From Chloroflexota bacterium (GTDB taxonomy: Bacteria; Chloroflexota; Anaerolineae; Aggregatilineales; Phototrophicaceae), in NCBI GenBank assembly GCA_013388745.1, contig JACAER010000043.1, positions 6,165 through 70,164 on the forward strand: a stretch of DNA of 64,000 nucleotides, given 5' to 3'. Under the pieces are notes generated by a model. It saw only the letters and a program-made list of their open reading frames with translations, did not search any database and was not told the origin of the DNA. Each line of letters opens with the position of its first letter. The stretch's first letter is position 1. Of this stretch, positions 8,643 through 16,274 are shown piece after piece. The position numbers and the translations under genes are program-made.

Positions 8643-9188
8643 TTATGCGCCCTCACCGGAGAGATCAGGACGGCCTTCGGTCATGCGTGTTGGGCACTTG
8701 AGCAGCAGTTCGTTGGCGCGGAAAATGCCGTCTGTGCCGAGCGTGCCGGTCAGGATAGCTTGCGCTTCGTGCTGGAGCAGGTCGGGCGTGGGCTGGCCTT
8801 CGACACGCACAAAGACACGCGCGGCGTTAGGGTTGTTGGCCGCCGCGTTGAGCGCCAGCGCCAGATCAGTGTAATTGGCGGGCAAGTGCGCGATCTCGAA
8901 TTCGATGACCTGTGTTTCGCGGCCATTGATGGTCTGGCTGTAGGTGCGAATCGTGTCGCCGACGACCGCGCCGGTGACGCGCAAGGGCTGGCCGATGTAA
9001 TCGACATCGTTCAGCATTTGTTCGACCGTGATGTAGTACTGAGCGCCGGTGAGCGTGCCGTTAATCACCAGCACGCCGATGGCGACAAGAATCAGCGCGC
9101 CGCCGATCAGAAATTGCAGCCGCTGCGACGAACCGGTGCGTGGGGCAGCGCGCACGGACTGCGGTTTTTGCCATGTCAGTTCCGTCAT
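8643..9188 (-). CDS. ccmE: cytochrome c maturation heme chaperone CcmE, variant lacking the HxxxY motif
   Basis: N-terminal TM (LIGGALILVAIGVLVI), OB-fold core (PLRVTGAVVGDTI) and C-terminus ANELLLKCPTRMTEG, which aligns to E. coli AKEVLAKHDENYTPP. Start placed at MTELTWQ (9188); the track ORF extends to 9239. Confidence 0.75.
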   Translation of the reverse strand: MTELTWQKPQSVRAAPRTGSSQRLQFLIGGALILVAIGVLVINGTLTGAQYYITVEQMLNDVDYIGQPLRVTGAVVGDTIRTYSQTINGRETQVIEFEIAHLPANYTDLALALNAAANNPNAARVFVRVEGQPTPDLLQHEAQAILTGTLGTDGIFRANELLLKCPTRMTEGRPDLSGEGA

Positions 9189-9306
9189 AGGGTAAAACCT
9201 CAAAGGACTCACAATATGTGGATGTATGCGTCCAACCAAAAACGCATTATAGCGAATCCGTGATGTTTATCACAAGCACGGCTTAAAAACGGATGATCCC
9301 CCTGCC

Positions 9307-11019
9307 TCAGCGGATGCGGCGTTCCTTGCCGCTGTTGCCGAGCGTGCGCCGCGCTTCGTCTGTGCTCACGGGCCTATCCAGCATCGCCGCGTAGAAGGCT
9401 TCATCATAAGCGCGTGTCTTAATCACCACCGGCATCGGCACGGCGTGGCCCATGATAATCGCCTGCTGCTTGGTATCCAGCCGCGCCAGCACCTCGCGCA
9501 GGTTGCCGGCACCGCTGATGCCGTTGAGGACGGCGTTAATGTCGCGTTCGTTATCCAGCAGCGCTGTGACGCGCGTGCCGATCTGGCTCATGACTTCCTC
9601 GTCAATCCCGCTCGGTCGCTGATCCACGATCAGCAGTGTCACCTTGTACTTGCGCATTTCGCGCGCGATTGTCCCGAAGATCGTCTGCCGCGCGATCAGC
9701 GGATCCAGGAACTTGTGCGCTTCCTCAATGGTGATCAAAAGCTGCGGCGGCTCCATCCCCTGATCGCCGAGCGCCTTCTCGACACGCTCGACGTAGCTCT
9801 CATGGATGCGCCGCGAGAGATAATTCGCCACCAGAATGTAGGCTTCCAGCGAACTGCCGTAGCGTCCGAATTCCAACACCACGCTGATACCCTGGTCAAG
9901 CTTGTTGATAATCTGGTTGATCGTGTCGCCGCTCGAATGCTGCACCAGAAACTCCCAGCGCTGGAAGCGTTCCAGACGCCGCTGCAAACCCGCCAGCGTC
10001 CCGCCCATGATATTGGTGTGCTCGACAATTTCGTCGATGTCTTCGCTGCGCCCTTGCAGCAGCCGCCACACCCAATTCGTGCCCCAGCGCTTGCTCAAGG
10101 TATAGGCCGCGTCGATCATCGCATCTGACAGGCTCATCGTCCCGCGCAGCATAGCGATGTCCTCTGGCTCGATCTCATCATAGCCAAGCTGCACTTCAAA
10201 ATCGTATTTGGCGGTGCGCCGCCGCGAAGACTCAGCATCCAGCGTGCAAATGCTGATCTTGGCCGGGAACAACTGCTTCAACCCTTTCACTTTGCTGCCA
10301 TTTTCGCTCGTGATCTCCCAGCCATAATCGTTATGCATATCAAAAATCAGGCTGACCGCCTGCCCGCGCGCGATCACGCCTGCCAGCAGCACGCGCGTCA
10401 AAAAACTTTTGCCCGTGCCGGACTTGCCGAACACGCCCACCGAACGCTCGGTGAGCCGCCGCAGATCGAGATTGATCTGCGTCTGTTCCAGTTCCAGCGG
10501 CCTGCCGACGTTAAAATGCGCTTGGTCTTCTGCCCCGAAGACAGCGTTAACATCCCCTTCGTCGGCGTTATAGACTTCGGTGAAATGGCTGGGAATGCTT
10601 TTGACAGGTCTGGGCTTGCCATCTTCTTCATCAATCACCAGCATCGGCGCCACGTTGATGGTGCCATAGGCCACTACGCCGCTGTACACCGCCCGCAGAA
10701 AGTTATCCTCACGGATGTCCGGCGGGTCGCCCTGAATCGCCGGGTTGGTGGCGTTGAGCACCACATCGTTGACCATACAGAAAAAACGTTTGTTGTCGCC
10801 GTGAACGACCACGTAGCGCCCGACGGCCATTTCTTCGATGGCGACTTCGCGATCCAGCTTGACGACCAGCCCTTTGCTAAGCGAGCCGCCGACGACCACG
10901 CCGAGTCGTGTCAGCGCGACATGGCCGTTGTCGCTGGGGGTGCGCGGCAGCCGGGTGCGCGCGCCGGGGCGCGGCAGTTCCCAGGCGTCGAGATCATTGG
11001 GGTTGTGAGGAAGGGTCAT
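9307..11019 (-). CDS. HerA-like (DUF87) hexameric ATPase/helicase
   Basis: N-terminal HAS-barrel-like segment, Walker A GVFGKSGTGKSFL, Walker B LLITIEEAHKF, and LLIVDQRPSGIDEEVMSQIGTRV. Start moved to MTLPHNP (11019), because the longer track ORF (to 11127) overlaps the upstream exonuclease gene. Confidence 0.85.
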   Translation of the reverse strand: MTLPHNPNDLDAWELPRPGARTRLPRTPSDNGHVALTRLGVVVGGSLSKGLVVKLDREVAIEEMAVGRYVVVHGDNKRFFCMVNDVVLNATNPAIQGDPPDIREDNFLRAVYSGVVAYGTINVAPMLVIDEEDGKPRPVKSIPSHFTEVYNADEGDVNAVFGAEDQAHFNVGRPLELEQTQINLDLRRLTERSVGVFGKSGTGKSFLTRVLLAGVIARGQAVSLIFDMHNDYGWEITSENGSKVKGLKQLFPAKISICTLDAESSRRRTAKYDFEVQLGYDEIEPEDIAMLRGTMSLSDAMIDAAYTLSKRWGTNWVWRLLQGRSEDIDEIVEHTNIMGGTLAGLQRRLERFQRWEFLVQHSSGDTINQIINKLDQGISVVLEFGRYGSSLEAYILVANYLSRRIHESYVERVEKALGDQGMEPPQLLITIEEAHKFLDPLIARQTIFGTIAREMRKYKVTLLIVDQRPSGIDEEVMSQIGTRVTALLDNERDINAVLNGISGAGNLREVLARLDTKQQAIIMGHAVPMPVVIKTRAYDEAFYAAMLDRPVSTDEARRTLGNSGKERRIR

Positions 11020-11066
11020 GATTGTTCCTGATTCATAATGAGCGAAAAATGAGATATGTACAGCCT

Positions 11067-11669
11067 TCATCCCCCCGCCATCACGTATACCAGCGCCAGC
11101 GTTACCAGGCAATCGTTGAGCGCCCAATGCGCGCGGTTATTGTGGATGCCTTCGTGTTCGCAGGCGAACTTGAGCGACTTGCGCTTGTAGCTCCTGCCGC
11201 GCCGTTCGCCGTGATAGCGGCTGTAGGCCAGCATCGCGCACTCAAACGCGCGCGCATCCAACGCCGGCAGCGCATGTTTGGCGAGACTTTGCTGGATCAT
11301 GCGCCGGTCAAAGGGCGCATTGAATACCACCACCGGGCGGCCATCGAAGACCTGCAAAAGTTGTGGATACAGGTCGGCGAAGCTCGGCGCGTCCTGCACA
11401 TGGGCGTTGGTGATGCCGTGAATCGTGCTGACGAAGTAGGGGATGGGGATAGTCGGTCTGACGAGCGAATCGAGCACGGTCTGGCCGTTTTTGTTGACGA
11501 CGGCGATCTGCACGATCTCATCGCGCGCGCCCAGCCCGGTGGTTTCGGTATCAAGCACGAGGAAATCGGCGCTGGCGAGCAAGCGCTGGGCCCACTGCAC
11601 GGCCAGCGCGCGCGCATTCGGTGGCGGCGGCGGAAACCAGGCGTCAAGCGCATTGGGGTCGTTAGCCAT
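11067..11669 (-). CDS. DEDDh 3'-5' exonuclease (DnaQ/epsilon-like)
   Basis: Exo I LVLDTETTG, Exo II VVFNAPFDRRM, Exo III HWALNDC. Start uncertain (11669 MANDPN or 11711). Confidence 0.85.
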   Translation of the reverse strand: MANDPNALDAWFPPPPPNARALAVQWAQRLLASADFLVLDTETTGLGARDEIVQIAVVNKNGQTVLDSLVRPTIPIPYFVSTIHGITNAHVQDAPSFADLYPQLLQVFDGRPVVVFNAPFDRRMIQQSLAKHALPALDARAFECAMLAYSRYHGERRGRSYKRKSLKFACEHEGIHNNRAHWALNDCLVTLALVYVMAGG

Positions 11670-11723
11670 CGCTTCCTCCAGCAAATTACCTATTCCCCCG
11701 CAAATCATCATTTGTGCCGCTGT

Positions 11724-12065
11724 TCATATCGCGTGGTGTTGCGCTAGCCACAGCAGACGAAAGCCAAGCGTTTCTAGACGCGCCTGCCGCTGCGCATCAT
11801 AGGCCTGCTGTTCGGCTTGCGCGTGGATATTCGCATCCACTTCGCTAATCAATTTATGCTCGATACTCGCAAAATCAACGACAAAACCTTCGATAGCATG
11901 CTGCCGTCTGAACTTGACGCCGTTAATCTGTCGGCTGCGGATTCGCTGCCACAAAACCTCTTGCGCGACGGTGGCATAGTGGCGCATTTCCCGCGCGCGT
12001 GGTTTGAGTTTCGCCCACTGTTCGGGCGACGACGTAAATTGATGCAGTCGATCATCTTCAAACAT
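11724..12065 (-). CDS. DUF559 (Vsr-like) endonuclease-domain protein
   Basis: LWQRIRSRQINGVKFRRQHAIEGFVVDFASIEHKLISEVDANIH...RLETLGFRLL matches the DUF559 pattern. The usual ExDG is EVDA here. The track ORF extends to 12143 through a palindromic low-complexity element; MFEDDRL (12065) is the more likely start. Confidence 0.7.
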   Translation of the reverse strand: MFEDDRLHQFTSSPEQWAKLKPRAREMRHYATVAQEVLWQRIRSRQINGVKFRRQHAIEGFVVDFASIEHKLISEVDANIHAQAEQQAYDAQRQARLETLGFRLLWLAQHHAI

Positions 12066-12095
12066 CGCGTGTTTCCTTTTGACCTCATTCCCCAA

Positions 12096-12119
12096 CCCCT
12101 TCTCCATGGGGAGAAGGGG
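12096..12119. repeat. perfect 10-bp/4-nt-loop palindrome within a PSP..GEG-type element
   Basis: CCCCTTCTCC-ATGG-GGAGAAGGGG read directly. It is followed (12140-12180) by a related GGAGAGGGATTTAGGGTGAGG motif. Confidence 0.8.
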
Positions 12120-12186
12120 GAAAGACCGGCAGTGGGTGTTCAAAGTCCCGCTCCTGTGGAGAGGGATTTAGGGTGAGGTTCGCTTT

Positions 12187-12801
12187 TCACGGGCGAATCA
12201 GTTCCAGCAGGTGCGCCAGCCGCTTCAGATCGTGGCTGAGCAGCCGCACCAGCTTACGCCCGCTGTCGATCATAAAGGTTTCGCGCTCGTCCGGCTCATA
12301 GGCCCGCGCGCTGGCATAATGCAGCGCCGCCGCCAAAAGATCGTCCGACGGCACTTCTGCCGCATTCAACACCAGCCGGAAAAAATCGTGTTTGCTGGTG
12401 AAATGGCTCACCACCAGCCGATCGCAGGCCGTGACATCCGCCAGACTCATGGGCGGGCGCGGCGGCAGGCCGGGAAACGTGCGCTCTGTATTACGCCAGC
12501 CGATATTGATGACGCTGATTTCCACCGGAATCAACCGGTTTTCGCGCTGGTCGCGCAGCACATTATCTTCGACAGTTTCGGCGCGCACCAGTTCGCTGAC
12601 CAGTGGATCATCGTCCACGCGCACGGCGTAAATCAGGCCGATGGCGTACACATCGTCGCGGTTGGCGATCGGCGCTTCGACAAACGCGCCGAAACTGTGG
12701 CGGTCATCCAGGCGCGTGCTGTGCGTGCCGCAGTCGAAGCCGGTGGTGCTGGAACGCAGCACACGCCCGACAATCAGGTCTTCGAGATAGCCGTTAACCA
12801 T
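12187..12801 (-). CDS. hypothetical protein with HAS-barrel-like N-terminus (HerA/NurA-associated)
   Basis: 204-aa ORF between NurA and DUF559. The N-terminus VGRVLRSSTTGFDCGT...FGAFVEAPI...VYAIGLIYAVRVDD resembles the HerA HAS-barrel pattern. There is no Walker motif. Confidence 0.7.
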   Translation of the reverse strand: MVNGYLEDLIVGRVLRSSTTGFDCGTHSTRLDDRHSFGAFVEAPIANRDDVYAIGLIYAVRVDDDPLVSELVRAETVEDNVLRDQRENRLIPVEISVINIGWRNTERTFPGLPPRPPMSLADVTACDRLVVSHFTSKHDFFRLVLNAAEVPSDDLLAAALHYASARAYEPDERETFMIDSGRKLVRLLSHDLKRLAHLLELIRP

Positions 12802-12828
12802 CGTTGCTCCTCAAGTCATGGCGCGGAT

Positions 12829-14052
12829 TTACAGTTTGTGCCGCCGCTTGAAACCGCGCGCGATATTTTTCATGCTTTGTTTGGGCGTCATGCCCGGCGT
12901 CATCAGGTGTTTGCGCATTTCCAGATGAATCAGTTCTTCCAGTTTTTCTCTGTCTTTGCCGCTGACATACGCCAGTTCGTCGGCGCGCGTCAGCGCATAG
13001 GGGTACGGCTTGCTGCCCTGAATGGCGCACTGCGACACCACCGCCGCGTGCAGCGTATCGACTGCGGCTTTGTCGCGCGCGACCCACATCGGCAGATCCA
13101 CGCGCGCGATGTGCGGGCGCGCGTCGCGCGAAACGTTCACAAAGAAAAAGGCGATTTCGTAGTCTTCGCCGAAGCTTTCGCGGTATTCATAGTTGGCGGG
13201 CGAGTTTTGCACCAGCAGCGCCGAACGTTCGCCCGGCCTGAGCACGGCGCGGAACAGGTGAATATCGGTCAGGGCATCGAATTTGCCCAGTCCGCGCATA
13301 TCGCTGTGATAAATGCGTTCCTCTTCCATACTCAGTAAGTGCAGCAGGCGGATCACCTGGCGGCTGTCCTGCGGCGCATCGACATAGCCGCCGAGAATGG
13401 CGTTGGAGCGGTGCAGACGCACCAGTGCGCGGCGGTACTCGTTCATGATTTTGTCGGCGCCGGTCACATCGCCGCCCGTAAAAAACAGCAGGCGGTTATC
13501 GACAAATGTCACCAGCGCGCCGGCCTCATGCCGAAGCTGCCAGGCGTGCTGCGAAAGCACATCGACTTCGCGCACGCTGCGGCGCGCATCCACCGTGCGG
13601 CGGTTGATGAGGCGTTTGCGGGTATCGCGCAGCGCCTTGCCGGTGTAGTACAACTGCGGCAGCGTGAACTGATCGGGGCGGCGGTTGACGCCCGTATAGT
13701 AGACAAACAGGCCAATATTCAGCAGGTAATAACGCGGATACGTGTGGCGATCGGGATAAATCTGTGAGCCATCGCAAGCCAGAATCGTCACCAGGGGCGG
13801 CAGCGCAGGCCGTGCGAAGCGCTCCGGCAGAATCTCGGCGTAAGCGCTGTCCAGCGGCGCCGCGCCGCGATAGCCGCTGACGCTGCTCTGGCGCACGATG
13901 CGAATGCGCTTCTGGATGTTTTCGAGATCAGTGGAGGCCTCATACAGCGCCAGCGCCTCATCCAGCCGGTCATCCATGTTGGGGTCGCGCCGCGCCAACC
14001 AGCGCCCCATCCGCTCCACTTTGTCGATAATTTTGTTAAATTCCAGCGCCAT
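12829..14052 (-). CDS. NurA-domain 5'-3' nuclease
   Basis: 407 aa. Catalytic DGS motif (ILACDGSQIYPDRH), length and position beside a HerA-type ATPase. Confidence 0.8.
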   Translation of the reverse strand: MALEFNKIIDKVERMGRWLARRDPNMDDRLDEALALYEASTDLENIQKRIRIVRQSSVSGYRGAAPLDSAYAEILPERFARPALPPLVTILACDGSQIYPDRHTYPRYYLLNIGLFVYYTGVNRRPDQFTLPQLYYTGKALRDTRKRLINRRTVDARRSVREVDVLSQHAWQLRHEAGALVTFVDNRLLFFTGGDVTGADKIMNEYRRALVRLHRSNAILGGYVDAPQDSRQVIRLLHLLSMEEERIYHSDMRGLGKFDALTDIHLFRAVLRPGERSALLVQNSPANYEYRESFGEDYEIAFFFVNVSRDARPHIARVDLPMWVARDKAAVDTLHAAVVSQCAIQGSKPYPYALTRADELAYVSGKDREKLEELIHLEMRKHLMTPGMTPKQSMKNIARGFKRRHKL

Positions 14053-14399
14053 CGGGCCTCGTCTCTGCTGATTTCGCCGTCACACGTTCTCCTTAGGGTA
14101 GCACTGCTGTTCTAGCGCGTCAAGCACAGGCTAATAAACATAACGCCAATACAAGTGGGGCGCTGATCTAGCTGGCGCTTTCAACCGCTGGCCAGCGGGA
14201 AAGCAAACGCTGAGCCGGGGCGATGCGTCGGGATAACCTGCCCGAATAGTGCCTGTGATTTTGGGGCGACTGCCTTGTCGTGATCCGTATATTTGTGGCA
14301 AAATTACAGAAGCTGCTGCGCATTTTACTGAAAACTGACAATGGCAAGCTGGCTCCCATCTTTTCTCGCCTGTTCTTCAGGCTAACCCACTAACGACTG

Positions 14400-16274
14400 A
14401 TGACCCAACATTTTCTCATTGTGCAGTTGGCCGACATCGGCGACCTGATTCTGACAACACCGGCGCTTTCGGCGCTGCGCGAACGGTATCCCGACGCGCA
14501 CATCACGCTGCTGGCCAGCGCCCATGCCGCGCCCGCGCTGCGTCATACCACGCTGGTCGATGAAATCATCACTTTCGACAAAGGGCAGATGGACGGCAGT
14601 CGCGCGCTGCTGCGCCCGGCCAACCTGCGCCGAATTCTGGCGCTGCGGCGCGGGCGTTATGAGGCCGTCGTTTTTTTGCATCATTTCACGCTCAAACTGG
14701 GTACGTTCAAATTCGCCCTGATCGCGTTTGCCAGCGGCGCGCGGCGGCGTATCGGGCTGGATAACGGCAGCGGCTGGTTTCTCACTGAGCGCGTGCCGGA
14801 CAAAGGCTTCGGCGCAGTACATCAAGCATTGTACTGGCTGCAAGTGGTGGGGCTGCTGGGCGCGCCCACGCAGCCGCGCCCTGCTCACATCGGCATTAGC
14901 GACGCAGAGCGGGCGTGGGCACAGCAAACGCTGGTGGAATCGCCTGAAAGCGTGCGTATCGCGCTGCACGCGGGCAGCGGCGGCTACAGCCCGGCGCGCC
15001 GCTGGGACGCGCACAAATTCGCGGCGCTGGCCGATACGCTTCAAGCACGTTTCGACGCGCAAGTACTGCTGGTCGGCGGCGTGGGCGATGATATACCGGC
15101 GGTGAAAGCCGCGATGCAGACCCGCGCGCGCGATTTTTCCGGGCAGACGACGCTGGGGCAGCTTGCGGCGCTGATCGAAGGCTGCGATCTGTTCATCGGC
15201 GCGGACAGTGGTGTGCTGCATATCGCCGCCGCGACTGGCACGCCGGTGGTGGCGCTGTTCGGGCCGAGCAATCATCAGGCGTGGGGGCCGTGGACGCCGG
15301 GCAGCGCGTCGGCGCTGGTGCGCAGCGCGCCGTCATGCAGTCCGTGCAGCTATGTGGCGCACACGGTCGGGCAGCGGCAGGGCTGCGCCGCGCGCACCTG
15401 TATGCGCATGATCGAAGCGGGCGAGGTGCTGCACGCCGCGCAGCGCCTTTTGCAGGGCGACCCCACTGTCGGCAGCCGCCCGGCAGTGTTCCGGCCACAG
15501 CCGCAGTTTGAGCGCCGCGTGCGCATTCTGGGGCTGCCGGTTGATGCCCTGACCTATGCCCAATGGCTGGATTTGATCGCTGGTTGGGTGCAGGACAGCG
15601 CGCCACGCCCGCCGCGTCATGTCTGCACCATCAATCCCGAATTCATCATGATCGCGCAGAACGATGTGAACTTCTATAATATCCTGTCGCGTGCCGATCT
15701 GAATGTGCCCGACGGCGTGGGCTTGCTGTGGGCGGCGAAACGTCTGCGGCAGCCGCTGCCGGAGCGCGTGACCGGTTCCGACGGCCTGCCGTTGATCGCT
15801 GCGCGCGCCGCACAAATCGGCTGGCGGCTGTTCCTCTTGGGGGCGGCGCCGGGCGTGGCGGAAAAAGCCGCCGCCGCGCTGCAAAAGCAGTATTCGGGCT
15901 TGCAGATCGCTGGCACTTTCGGCGGCAGTCCCGCGCCAGAAGAAGAGGACAGCATTGTTGAGCGCGTAAACGCCAGCGGCGCGCACATTCTGTTGGTGGC
16001 TTACGGCGCGCCGGAGCAGGACAAATGGATTGCGCGCAATCTGCCGCGCTTGCAGGTCAAAATGGCGATGGGCGTGGGCGGGGCGCTGGATTTTGTGGCG
16101 GGTATCGTGCCGCGCGCGCCGCTGTGGATGCGCAAACTGGGCTTGGAATGGCTGTACCGGTTATATTTGCAGCCGCGTAGAATCGGGCGTATGATGCGAT
16201 TACCGCGTTTTGTAGGAGCTGTGCTGTGGCGCGGGGCACGCGGGCCGGCGGCGATGGAAGGAAACTATGGCTGA
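14400..16274 (+). CDS. fusion glycosyltransferase: GT9 (heptosyltransferase-like) N-domain + GT26 (WecG/TagA/CpsF) C-domain
   Basis: N-terminus FLIVQLADIGDLILTTPALSALRERYP and GADSGVLHIAAATGTPVVALFGP indicate GT9. C-terminus ILGLPVD..CTINPEFIM..VPDGVGLLWAAK..YGAPEQDKWI..MGVGGALDFVAG..APLWMRKLGLEWLYRL indicates GT26. Confidence 0.85.
   Translation: MTQHFLIVQLADIGDLILTTPALSALRERYPDAHITLLASAHAAPALRHTTLVDEIITFDKGQMDGSRALLRPANLRRILALRRGRYEAVVFLHHFTLKLGTFKFALIAFASGARRRIGLDNGSGWFLTERVPDKGFGAVHQALYWLQVVGLLGAPTQPRPAHIGISDAERAWAQQTLVESPESVRIALHAGSGGYSPARRWDAHKFAALADTLQARFDAQVLLVGGVGDDIPAVKAAMQTRARDFSGQTTLGQLAALIEGCDLFIGADSGVLHIAAATGTPVVALFGPSNHQAWGPWTPGSASALVRSAPSCSPCSYVAHTVGQRQGCAARTCMRMIEAGEVLHAAQRLLQGDPTVGSRPAVFRPQPQFERRVRILGLPVDALTYAQWLDLIAGWVQDSAPRPPRHVCTINPEFIMIAQNDVNFYNILSRADLNVPDGVGLLWAAKRLRQPLPERVTGSDGLPLIAARAAQIGWRLFLLGAAPGVAEKAAAALQKQYSGLQIAGTFGGSPAPEEEDSIVERVNASGAHILLVAYGAPEQDKWIARNLPRLQVKMAMGVGGALDFVAGIVPRAPLWMRKLGLEWLYRLYLQPRRIGRMMRLPRFVGAVLWRGARGPAAMEGNYG

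Noticed and set aside
12211-13338. 375-aa plus-strand ORF antisense to the HAS-barrel-like and NurA genes
   Set aside because: It spans two minus-strand genes and their intergenic gap, has His/Arg/Ala-rich composition and shows no recognisable motif.
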